Of a stretch of 64,000 nt of DNA, positions 25,179-37,019 are shown piece after piece (position 1 is the first letter of the stretch; the number at the start of each line of letters is the position of its first letter). The notes beneath the pieces were generated by a model. That model worked only from the letters and a program-made list of their open reading frames with translations, did not search any database and was not told the origin of the DNA. This stretch comes from Octopus sinensis (taxonomy: Eukaryota). The stretch covers positions 29,884,001 through 29,948,000 of the forward strand of contig NC_043014.1 in the NCBI RefSeq assembly GCF_006345805.1. The letters run 5' to 3'. Position numbers and translations under genes: made by a program.

Positions 25179-25689
25179 CTGAAGAATATAAAATAATTGT
25201 CAATATTTTCAAATAACATTTTGATTATACAAAATTTAGTGAAAATTTTGATAGTAAAATAAACTAAATTATACTAAATTGGCAAAACAAAAATAATCCT
25301 ACTATGCAAATGTGTGTGTGTGTGTGTGAGTGAGAGAGAGAGAGAGAGAGAGAAAGAGAAATCAAAGAAAGAATTATGGAAAGAAGTTCGCTCTTTGCTT
25401 TACACAGTGAATCAAAAGCTGGTATATTTGTTCATGTCAACAAAATTGCTGTCACAACAGAGCAGTTGTTAGAATCAAATGAAAACAGGAATAAATGAAC
25501 AATTTAAATAAAATGAAGTATTGATCACAATATTTTAAAAATATATTTTGTGTTTTTTGTTACTTATATAGAAAACATTATCTAATATTAATAATGATAT
25601 TTAGCAGCACCATAGTCAACTGCTACAAAGGTAAAGGTGATGCATTAGATAGAAATAATTACAGAGGCATCAAGTTATAGGATCAGGTA

Positions 25690-25915
25690 ATGAAAGTCAT
25701 AGAGAGGGTCACAGCCTAACTAATTAGGGAGAGAGTCAATCTAGACAAGATGCAGTTTGGGTTTCTGTCAGGGAAAAGCACCACTGATGCTATATTTCTG
25801 ATAAGACAGCTGCAGGAGAAATACCTAACCAAAGATAAACGTCTGTAACTGACTTTCATTGACATGGAGAAAGCCTTTTACATGATCCCCCGATCCCTTA
25901 TCTGGTAGTCAATGT
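25690..25915 (+). mobile_element. RTE LINE RT fragment
   Basis: MQFGFLSGKSTTDAIFLIRQLQEKYLTKDK...FIDMEKAF-like reading. Confidence 0.8.
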
Positions 25916-26250
25916 AGAAACCAAGATCGTAGATATTGCCATACCTGGAGATGTATGAGTGGATGATGAAGAATTGAAAAAGATTGAGAAGTACAAGCTA
26001 CTAAAAGACAAAATTGCATGAATGTGAGTAATGAAGAAAGTAGCTGTCATCCCAGTAGTTGTAGGGGGATTAGGAGCATTAACAACCAGGTTTGAGAAAT
26101 TTGTTGGAGGAAGTGGAATTGACATAAGGGTAGAACGTGCTCATAGAAATGCTTTATTGGGAACAGTGAGGATTTTGAGACTATTATTTGGGTGTTGAGT
26201 ATCATGGAAGAAAACTTTGAGATACTTGACAACAGGCTGTTGCTTGCTCT
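25915..26250 (+). mobile_element. C-terminal restriction-like endonuclease fragment of an R4/Dong-like non-LTR element
   Basis: IVDIAIPGD..EELKKIEKYKLL...VIPVVVGGLGAL...ALLGTVRILR. Confidence 0.65.
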
Positions 26251-26369
26251 TACAAAATTAACCAGAGCAAGTAAAATTGAGAGCTCTGAGAATAATAATA
26301 ATAATAATAAAATGCCCTGATGCAGTACCAGGCAGTGGCACTCATGGCTTCTGATCATAACTGATTGGA

Positions 26370-26800
26370 AGTGTTCTCATGTACATTGTTTTGTCTTGAT
26401 ATAAAAGATGGGCTACAGCAAATATTCTGCTCAATACCACAGATTTGCTTGTCAGTTGTTTGACCGTAACCAGTTGAGCATGCCCCTTAGTGGCTGACGA
26501 TATGTGCATCTCTGATCATGAGCAGTTGAGGAGCATCATAGCCATGTGTTGAAAGGAATTCTTAGAGGTTTGGATAATTCACCTTTGGAAACATGATTCC
26601 ATAAGCAATCAGGAAAATTCTAACTAGGCCCCACCTTCAAGGTCATGTGCTGTTTATCTTGATATGAGATCACCAGGTCACGCACATATGGTTGTGATGC
26701 ATGTGCCTGCTATACCCTTATCAAATGGGTAGTCATGATGGGTATACTGGGCTTTGTATATTTTACCCCAGTGTCACTTTGATGGCATGCACTGCTCTCT
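26370..26800. mobile_element. Dispersed repeat (second copy at ~35470-35950)
   Basis: ataaaagatgggctacagcaaatattctgctcaataccacagatttgcttgtcagttg...gcatgcactgctctctcactc is shared with 35470-35950. Confidence 0.8.
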
Positions 26801-26809
26801 CACTCGACG

Positions 26810-27650
26810 ACGACGGTCTCAAATTTTGACTCAAAGCCAGCAAGTTTGGGGGCAAGAGATAGTCAATTACATTGACCCCAATGCATAACTGGTACTTATT
26901 TCATCAACCCTGAAAGGATGAAAAGCAAAGTCAAATTTGAACTTAGAGTGTAAGGATGGACAAAATGCTGCTAAGCATTTCACATGGCATACTAACGATT
27001 CTGCCAGCTTGCTGCCTTAATAATAATAATAATCGTTTCTACTAAAGGCACAATGCCTGAAATTTGGAGGTGGGGACTAGTCAATTATATCAACCCCAGT
27101 ACGTAACTGGTACTTATTTTATCAACCCCGAAAGGATGAAAGAAAGAGTGGACCTTGGTGGAATTTGAATTCAGACTAAAGACGGATGAAAAACCGTGAA
27201 GCATTTTGCCCAGTGTGCTAAATAAAGATTCCACCAGTCTGCTGCCTTAATAATAATCCTTTCTACTTTAGGCATAAAGCCTGAAATTTTGGGAGAGGGG
27301 GCCAGTCGATTACATTGATCCCAGTACTTGACAGGTATTTATTTTATTGACTCTGAAAGGATGAAAGGCAAGGTTGGCTTTGGCAGAATTTGAACTCAGA
27401 TTGTAAAGACAGACAAAACACCACTATGCATTTATCTGGTATGCCAATGATTATGTCAGCTTGCTACCCTCAGCCCTTCTATAATAATGGTTTCTCAAAT
27501 AGGCACAAGATTTAAAATTTTGGTAAAAAGGAGTAAATCAAACAAAGCCCTGGCCCAGTACTTGACTGGAGCTTATTTTATTGATTCCAGAAGGATAAAA
27601 GGCAAAGTTGAGTTTGGCATGATTTAAAATCAGTGCATGAAAAGCTAAAG
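26810..27650 (-). mobile_element. Head-to-tail cluster of ~210-bp SINEs (family with gaaaggatgaaaggcaaag core)
   Basis: About four tandem copies separated by (AAT)n, each ...ccccagt..actggtactt..ttat..accccgaaaggatgaaaggcaaag...gaatttgaactcag...gctgcctt. Confidence 0.85.
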
Positions 27651-28246
27651 TAAATGACAATGGTTTTATATATACATATAAATAAATAAATAAATAAATA
27701 AAAGGTTTCCTTCAGAATTTAAAGAGAAACATAACAGCACAATGATTGTATGATGAGAGATAAAGGAGTCAATGCTATTGAAACATTGGAATTAGAAGAT
27801 GGTAAGTACAGTGAAGATTGATCTGGGTTTATACATGCAATTTAGATTTACAAAATTTGGAGGCAAAATAAAAAAAAACAGTGAAAAATGCATTTACAAC
27901 ACTGACATGCAATATGAAGATTACTAAATGAGAAACAAAATTACAACATTGATGATGATGAAAAGAAGTAGTTAGTTGAAAGTGCAGTCTCCAGATTTTA
28001 GAATTTTAATAAAAATGACTATTTCAAACTGATTGTGTACATGTGTATGATGTGGAATATAGTTGATTGTGTCAACCTCAGTATATGACTGGTACTTTAT
28101 TTTATTGACAATCTAGAACAGTGGTTCTCAACCATTTTTTAATCTATTTTTATTCTGGTGGACCTCCATAGCTATTTTATGTTTAAAAACTAGTTTCATA
28201 GATATTTCTTTCAAAAATTCCTATTTTGTTTTTCATACATTAACAT

Positions 28247-28660
28247 AGGCGCAGGAGTGGCTGTGTGGTAAGTAGCTTGCTAACCAACCACATGGTTCCG
28301 GGTTCAGTCCCACTGCGTGGCATCTTGGGCAAGTGTCTTCTGCTATAGCCCCGGGCCGACCAATGCCTTGTGAGTGGATTTGGTAGACGGAAACTGAAAG
28401 AAGCCCGTCGTATATATGTCTGTATTTATGTATGTGTGTGTATATGTTTGTGTGTCTGTGTTTGTCCCCCTAGCATTGCTTGCTTGACAACCGATGCTGG
28501 TGTGTTTACATCCCCGTCACTTAGCAGTTCGGCAAAAGAGACCGATAGAATAAGTACTGGGCTTACAAAGAATAAGTCCCGGGGTCGATTTGCTCGACTA
28601 AAGGCGGTGCTCCAGCATGGCCGCAGTCAAATGACTGAAACAAGTAAAAGAGTAAAAGAG
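28247..28660 (+). mobile_element. Full-length tRNA-derived SINE
   Basis: Head ggcgcaggagtggctgtgtggtaag...ggttccgggttcagtccc (A/B-box-like), central ttgggcaagtgtcttc, (TG)n, and 3' ggcggtgctccagcatggccgcagtcaaatgactgaaac; CpGs retained. Confidence 0.9.
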
Positions 28661-31600
28661 TATGTGTAGGTTGAACAACTTGTATGTAAAATGTTAGAAA
28701 GCAAAACGCAGCTGTTTCTTTCAATGAATACATCTGAATCAAAGTTTTTTCATGGACCCTTAAAATACTACTACAGATTCTCAATTTACCATTTTGCTAG
28801 CATACCCGCCTCCTTCCAATCTCACATGGACCCCACCACCAGGGTCATATGGATCCTTGTTGAGAACCCATGATCCAGAAGGATAAAAAGTTGACAATGG
28901 TGAAATTTGAACTCAGAATGCAAACAAATGTAACTAGATATCACAAGGCATTTTGTTCAAGACAAATGGGTATAGCAATCTAATAATAACAATAAATTTT
29001 TCTACTAAAGGTACAAGGCCTGGAGTTTTGGGGGAGAGGACTGGTCGATTATGTCAACCCCAGTGCTTCACTGGTATTTAATTTATCAGCCACAAAAGAA
29101 TGAAAGGCAAAGCTGACCTTGGCGAAATTTGAACTCAGAACATAGCAACAGACAAAATACCATTAAGTATTTCTTCCAACTTGCTAATGAACCTGTCAGC
29201 ATACTGCCTTAATAATGATGATGATAATAATAATGATGATAAACACAATTCTACAACATCCACTCCCCACCCAAGAAATACTGTACACTCCTAAGGAATG
29301 TGGTGGTGCAAATGGAAACTCATATATGTAAGGAGCTAAATGAAATACTGCAGGCACTTTAACAGTGCTCAAATGGTTCTATCAGATCACTGTTTACAAT
29401 TGTTTCTAATTAAGGTACAAGGTCAGCATTTTAAGGAGAAGGGGTGGGGGTTAGTTGATACTATCACCTTGAGTACTTGACTGGTACTTTACTGACCTCA
29501 GAAGAATGAAAAGCCAAAGTTCCCACCAGCTGGATTTGAACTCTCAACATTAGAAGCTAGAGCAAATATTGGAAGGCATTTTGTCCAACACTCTAGAAGA
29601 GGAATGATAATGGTGATGTGCTTGTTTATAGATACATCACCAACAGTTTAAGGAAAATAGTCAATTAAACTGACTGCAATATATGACTGATACTCATTTT
29701 AATGATCCTAGAAATAGATCAATAATGAGATTTAAACCAAATGTATAATAATAGTATAGTAATACCCTACTATCATTTTTGCTAAATTAGTATTTGCATG
29801 TGCTTACAAATTTCTCACTTTGTTTTAAGACATTTTGTAAAGAGAAGGCTATACCCTATGTAATAAAGTATACCACAGTATATTACTGGTACTTTATTTA
29901 TTCATTTGAATGAACAGCAAAACTGACACTTGAATAGAGTGAACCCGAAATGTTAAAAGATACAACTGTTCGATACACCTATATTTTTTTGTACTCTTCT
30001 ACACTCATCTCAATAACAACATAATAGCAAAAACAATTCTCCAGTTATTCATTTTTAAATGTTTGTTTTCTTTTACTCAGTATAAAGAAAATTTGCTTGA
30101 ATGTTTACAAGGTATTGACCTTTTTGTTTTTGTAGCATTTTACACTGTGGTCATCCTCAACTACTGAGGATTTTATTGAGTTTTAAAAATTTGTCAAAGA
30201 CAGGACAGGCATTTGCACTTGTAATCCTTCTTAGATAGAAGTGTGGGTAAAGATGACTGGATAAGAAAATACAGTTAATGTTCATTGTAGAAAGGGAAGG
30301 AAATTTCAGATGGCTGGGAGAGGTTCTGGAGAAGATGGAATAAATAATTTAGTGTATAACTGAGGAATGAGGATTAAGCTACTGTAAGATGTTTAAGAGT
30401 AGCATGGTACAGTCAGCAAATTCAAAAGAACAGAGACTGTTTCTAGTAGTGAAGAAAAAAGAAGAAGGAGAAAAGTAGAATGTAGTTGAGCACGCACAAT
30501 GGTTGGTAAGTGTTGGCTTATTAATGACAAGGGCAATAACTTAGAATCCACCAAAATATGCAGAGTAAGAGGCTACTGATGTATGATTTGGAAAAAGGTT
30601 TCCAATTTTATAGAACTGTACAATCAATGAGGTTTGAAGACAAAATTCAGGGTAGAAGATGAATGGTTTTTATGATTTTCCATTACCTTAAACTTTTTTT
30701 TTATACCAATTGATCTAAGACCTCTGGTTCTAAGATACAAAATCTGCCTGTCTTAAAATTCATATTTAAATTAAAATCTTGCATCATTGTTTTATGCAAG
30801 ATCCTTTTAAATTATGATCCAAAACCCAGCTAAATAATAACAAAGTTATTTTATTAAGTTCTTGATTATATTTAAAAAGTCATAGTTGAAGTTTGTTGGA
30901 AATATAGTCATAAAAAAGTTAAAGATATTCATAAATTGAGATGGATCACAAAGTATTATTAATTTCTGGAAAGAAGAAATTATTATAGTCTTTAGAAAAT
31001 TAATAATACAGAATACACAGAGAACCCATCCTACCTCCAAGAATGAAGAATAGGAATTCTTGAGAGAAAGGTAAAAACTGATAAAATTATGGCAGTATGT
31101 ATCAAAGGGGAGTTCCTTGGAGAACTATATTAAAAAATAAAGACATTTTCAAGTGAAATGAAATAAATCACTGATATGATAATAATAATAATAAAACATT
31201 GTGTACAGTGCTCAGGTGCACTACAACTCATCTAAAGTGTATATATAATCAGGTGTAGTTTCGGCGGATTTCGGAAAGCATGAGGGCCTTAAAGGATGCA
31301 GTGTCATGGCAGTCAACAACTGAGACTGCTGAAAGACAAGTGTTACCTGAAGAATTAAGACTGAGACTCAATGAAGAGGAGATTAAGTAAGAAAAGGAAT
31401 TAGCAAGATAATTTAAGCAAGAAGAAAAATTGACAACATCAATAACCTAAATACTTGAGATATGTGTTACCTGGTTTGTAACGTCCAATCATAGCTGTGT
31501 TCAAAAGGTAAAATCACAACAATAAATGACAGACTTGTCTAATAATGGAAAAGATAAATGAAGGCACAAAACACAATAAAAAAGTAGTTGTAACTCCTCT

Positions 31601-31921
31601 AATTTCTTTTTGTAATAAAGGGGAAAAAGTCAATTGCCTAGAATCCTTAAAATTACTTTCAAAATGCCTTTAAAAAATAAGGGAGCACAAACAAATCCAA
31701 AGTCTTTAGTGAAGTAACAGAAGAAATTATCACAAGTGTTTCTAACATGATGATAGCAGCAACAATAATAATCCTTTCTACTAAAGGCATAAAGTCTGAA
31801 ATTGTTTTTTTGTTGGGGTACTAGTCGATTACATCGAACCCCTGTGTTTTACTGGAACATAATTTATTGACCCTGAAAGGATGAAAGGCAAAGTTGACCT
31901 CAGCAGAATTTGAACTCAGTA

Positions 31922-32253
31922 AGTGCGGAGACCCCCTTTGGTCATGAATGACCATGGGATTGCACCTAGAATGTTACCCTCTGAGGCACAAGTCTGGGCA
32001 AGGTTGTTTGTGGAAGACCATCAGTTGCCCATGCATACCGACCTCCCCTCTCCACACCATTGATGTTATCCAAGGGAAAGGCGAAGGCCGATACAGCTTG
32101 GCACCAGTGATGTCGTAACTCATTTCTACAGCTGAGTGAACTTGAGCAACATGAAATAAAGTGTCTTGCTCAAGAATACAACACACAGCCTGGTCCAGGA
32201 ATCAAACTCACAACCGTAAGCTCGACGCTCTAACCACTGAGCCATGCACCTTC
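31922..32253 (-). mobile_element. SINE nested inside another SINE, 8-bp TSD
   Basis: ACTCAGTA at 31914-31921 and 32254-32261; the host SINE resumes after it; tRNA-like head (gtgcatggctcagtggttagagcg) on the minus strand. Confidence 0.75.
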
Positions 32254-33081
32254 ACTCAGTAGGGCAAAATACCACTAAGCATTTCATCCAGAATGCTAAC
32301 GATTCTGCCAGCTCGCCACCTTTCTTAATAATAATAATAATAATAATGATAATGTTGTTTTCTCTTATTGGTATAAGGCTATATATTTATAGTGGGGGAT
32401 ACAGTTGATGAACAGATACTTATATTATATTGACCCTGGAGAAATAAAATGCAATGTTGGCTGTAGTAGGATTTAAACCTAGAACAATTACTGTCAGGTA
32501 TTAAGTCCAGCTATCCATAATGTCTAAAGTATATAATCAATTGAATTGACTTCAATATATAGCAGGTATGTTTTGTATTGCTCCTGATAGTTAATGTGTT
32601 TATGAGCAAGAGTGTGTGTGCAAGCTTCTGCTGGTGCTAGAGAAAAATCGTGTGCACATGCACGTGTTAAACCACAAATATACAATTGCATTTAGATGAT
32701 GGAATGTACATTTGTGTATGTGCTTATAAATATACACACACACGTACATATAGAAAGAAAGACAGATACACGTGAACAAAAAAAAACTTACTTGGTAAAA
32801 CAAAAAACAGCTTGCAGAGAGGATGATAGTTATGTGGAGGCAACAATAATGATGGTGTGATAATACGGTTTAACACCTTGCTTCAGTGTGAAGTAATAAC
32901 AATAATAGCAAAGTGTATAAAATAAAGTGTAATTTAGGGCATAAAATAAAGCAGAAACACATTGACCTCCATACTTCAGGAAGTAGAGAAGTCGACCCCA
33001 ACACAACTCCTCACCACTATGGTGTGGTAGTTTTGTGTGACAGAGAAACAACATGGACAAAATTGAAAAACTTCAACTCAC

Positions 33082-33219
33082 CTTCGGCTGCAGCAGCTTC
33101 CATTGCCCTCTTCTTAGCTCGCTTTCTGCGAATGTAGAGTACGACGCCAAGGATTATAGCAATTATAATCTCAGGAATAATAACACAAAGCACCACAATG
33201 ATAATCAACTTTGAAGAAT
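33082..33219 (-). CDS. IgSF receptor transmembrane exon
   Basis: ttatttgctgtttcag|AT TCT...GAA G|gtgagt, 138 nt, phase 1 to 1: (D)SSKLIIIVVLCVIIPEIIIAIILGVVLYIRRKRAKKRAMEAAAAE; hydrophobic helix followed by a basic stop-transfer cluster. Confidence 0.92.
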
Positions 33220-33559
33220 CTGAAACAGCAAATAAGAAAAAAGAAAAGAAAAAGAAAATTTATATATTTTCCTCTGTCGAGAGTCAACCTCTAATTTCTG
33301 TTCTCTTTTCTTATCCTCCACCGACTGTCCAACCCTGGTAGCATTTGAAATCAGAACATAAAGAAAAATAACTGAATATGACAATGCATTAGAAGTCAAG
33401 CACATTTCAGACAGTACTGACCTGACAAACTAGAACAATGACAACAACAACAACAGTCTTAATATATGAACAAGGTGTAAAATTTGGCAGAGGGGAACAG
33501 TCAATATATCAACCCAATACTTGACTAATACTGCAAAGAATGTAATACAATAACAAGTC

Positions 33560-33900
33560 TACCAAACAAACCCTTGTCCTAATTGAGTTATAAGCGAACA
33601 TTTCTCCTGGAAGTTTATTCAATAGCATCTTATTAATGCTATGTAGAGCAACATTTTTTTGGAACCAGGATAGCTCGCTCACAGATCCATTCTGTATTGT
33701 AATTATGAAGAAGATTAAGAAATATTTCAGCCACCAAATCATCGATGGAATCAGTTGAATTACATATTGGATTGAGCGTTCTTCATCAATTGGAACTCTC
33801 CCTTCACTGAGTTTCAGAAGCTGCTCTGTAAAGAGTTCAATTGACTGATCTCTTGAAAGCCTCAATCTCATATTTGTCAAAAGTTGAAGTGCTTTCATAT
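33560..33900 (-). mobile_element. Helitron Pif1-like helicase fragment
   Basis: LQLLTNMR...FTEQLLKLSEG and INKMLLNKLPGEMFAYNS match the Helitron/Pif1 helicase C-terminal pattern. Confidence 0.75.
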
Positions 33901-34529
33901 GATGCCATAATATAGAAGATTTTATTGAAGCACAATTAGTATTGCTGCCCTTGAACCATTTAGTTTCGTTTTATGGGACAAACACACAAACGGACAGAAT
34001 CTCTCTTTTAGATACATAGACTAGTTATAGGACTCATTAGAATCTAGGCACGTAGGATGCCAGAAATGATTAGGTACAATAACATAGGGTTCACAGTGAG
34101 GATGCCTTCAGTATGAACTCTATATACATATATACACACACACACCTAATAAAACAACACAACATATACTATATCAATAACATCAATCACAGTATATACA
34201 TTCAGCTTCTCAACACAATAAATACAACATGGCACATATTTTGTACAGCAAATTAAATACTACAATAGCACCAGAAACAACAAATAATAATAATAATCCT
34301 TACTACTATAGGCACAAGGCCTAAAATTTGTGTGAAGCGGGTAAGCCGATTACATCGACTCCAGTGCATAACTGGTACTCAATTTATCGACCCTCAAAGG
34401 GATGAAAGGCAAAGTCGACCTCAGCAGAATTTGAACTCAGAATGTAAAGATGGACTAACTGCTGCTAAGCATTTTCCCCAGTGTGCTAACAATTCTGCCA
34501 GCTTGCTGCCTTGATGATAATAATAATCC

Positions 34530-35084
34530 TGTAGTGACGTCATTTTCCAGTGTGCGCACACGCAACGTCATTCTTCAGTGTGCGTGTGCGGAACGTCATT
34601 CTTCAGTGTGCGTGTGCAGAACATCATTCTTCAATGTGCGTGTGCGGAATGTCATTCTTCAGTGTGCGTGTGCGGGGCTGGAACCTTCTGGAAAGGCCTT
34701 AGGAAGTTCCCTCATGCACATGCGCAAGAGACTGGAGAAGAAAATTCTATCGCGTTCCTTGTTAGCGTCGTTGACTTGAGACACGGCTATTGAAGAGAAA
34801 GGACGTGTTGTGTTAAACGTGTGATCAGCCTATTCTCCTGTCCCAGACGTTTAGGATTTGACCTGCTCTGTTGTTACTGAATTTGTTGTAAGAATCTTAC
34901 AAATGTTAAAGTTCAGCCTTGCTATATCGAACCAAGTGGATACCAATATACCAACGTACTTCTTTTGTAAATAAGAAAATAAAGAGTTATATATATATTT
35001 ACGGTTGCGTTCTTGTTCCTGACTGGTATTTTCTGGAAATTGGTTGCACCCAAACAGTGTAAAGAATTAACCAGTTCCATTACA
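34530..35084 (+). mobile_element. Solo LTR (555 bp, TGTA...TACA, 4-bp TSD ATCC)
   Basis: Flanks aatcc|TGTAGTG...CCATTACA|atcc; interrupts the aatcctttctactatagg end of a SINE; CpG-rich; internal 28-bp tandem array; AATAAA near 34978. Confidence 0.75.
34538..34675. repeat. 28-bp tandem repeat (GTCATTCTTCAGTGTGCGTGTGCGGAAC), ~5 copies
   Basis: Direct reading inside the solo LTR. Confidence 0.9.
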
Positions 35085-36895
35085 ATCCTTTCTACTATAG
35101 GCACAAGGTCTGAAATTTGTGTGGAGTGGGTAAGTTGATTACATCAATCCCAGTGCGTAACTAGCACTTAATTTATTGACCCCAAAAGGATGAAAGGCAA
35201 AGTTGAACTTGGTGGAATTTGAACTCTAAATGTAGCAACAGATGTAAGGCTACTAAATAGTTTGCCTGGCATGCTAATAATTCAGCCAGCTTACTGCCTT
35301 AATAATAATTCTTTCTGCTATAGGCACAAGGCTTGGAATTTGTGGGGAGGGTGATAGTTGATTACACCGACCTCAGTACTTGACTGGTACTTAATTTATC
35401 AACCTTGAAAAGATGAAAGGCAAAGGCTGACCTCGGCAGAAACTACAATAATAATAATAATGATACACTATTTTGTCTTGGTATAAAAGATGGGCTACAA
35501 CAAATATTCTGCTCAATACCACAGATTTGCTTGTCAGTTGTTTGACCTTAACCAGTTGAGCATGTCCCTTAGTGGCTGACGATATGTGCATCTCTAACCA
35601 CAAGCAGAAGTAGTTGGGGAGCATCAGAGCTGTGTGTTGAAAGGAATTCTTGGAGGTTTGGATAATTCAACTTTGGATACACGAGTGGTTTGTTCAACAT
35701 ACTTAAACAATCTTTACTCAGGGACCTTTTGAGCGGGGTGGGCTACTCGACCAGAAAAAAATTCTAACTGGGCCCCACCTGCAAGGTCATGTGCTGTTTA
35801 TCTTGATATGAGATCACCATGTCACACACATTTGGTTGTGATGCATGTGCCTGGTGTACCCTTATCAGACGGGTAGTCATGATGGGTATACTGGGCTTCG
35901 TATATTTTACCCAAGTGTCACATTGATGGCATGCACTGCTCTCTCACTCAATAATAATAATAATAATGCTTCTAATTTATGCACACTCATCTACAGTTGG
36001 AAGAGAGAGGTTAGTTGATCAAATCAACCTCAGTACTCAGCTGGTACTTTATTGACCCTAGAAGGATGAAAGGCAAATACAATGTTGGTGGGATTTGAAA
36101 TCAGAGTGTAAAGGGTTATATAACTGCAAAACAGACATTTTTTTCTAATACTCCAGCCACTCCACCAACCTGCTAACAATAATAACAAAAATAGTTAAGA
36201 GTGATTAAAATGGCAACCCCATTTGCATTGTGAAAAGCAATTAGAACCACACCCCTCAAGTAATGATGATGATTGGAAGACTAACTCTACAGATATCTGT
36301 CCATTTAGCCTCTCCACTAACAATTTGGATGAGGGACAAGCTGGAGTTTCACAGTAGCATTGACATTTTCTACTTGGCCAACAAATGTCATGTTATGATT
36401 TCTTTTAACCAATGACAAAACAATCACTTGGAAGACAGGGATCAGTAGTAAATGGAAAAGGTTACTGGTGATGATGATAGTGGAGATAGTAATGGTAATG
36501 GTGGGGACAGTGAAGGTGATGGTAAAGAAAGCAAATCTCCCAGTGAATTCCCTTCTCTTTTTGAAATGTCTGATCACAATATTATTCTAAGAGTATTTGT
36601 TTAATCTAGCAAGAAAAAAGCAGATAACCACCTCACCATCAAATTTGCTACTATTCTGAAACCAAAAGGTGAAATTTCAAAAACATTACATGAATTGAAA
36701 AATAAAGAAACTGAAATCATTCTCTTCGTTTTACTTAAATACTGATTATTGAACACTGATAGCTGTACACTGAGATTTTGAATTCTTCCACAGGCTCATC
36801 TGCAGGTTTGACAATCAAACCTTAGTAGTTACATAAATGCATACATTACACACACACACTCACATTTGAAGGAATGACTGAGTTGTTAAACTTAC

Positions 36896-36913
36896 CTTTC
36901 TCTTCATTTTTAA
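36896..36913 (-). CDS. IgSF receptor 18-nt micro-exon (stalk)
   Basis: tatctttgttctttcag|TT AAA AAT GAA GAG AAA G|gtaagt; near-consensus sites, phase 1 to 1, encodes (V)KNEEK. Confidence 0.75.
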
Positions 36914-37019
36914 CTGAAAGAACAAAGATAGAAACATAAAGAATATTAAATTTCAAATATATCATCTAATACATTCAGTATTTAAATTATTTATGCATCT
37001 GTTAAAACAACAATAACAA

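Noticed and set aside
34538-34675. Repeated CTGAAGA on the minus strand as hammerhead cores, or a CRISPR-like array
   Set aside because: No GAAA box or stems, and no unique spacers; a simple tandem repeat in an LTR of a eukaryote.
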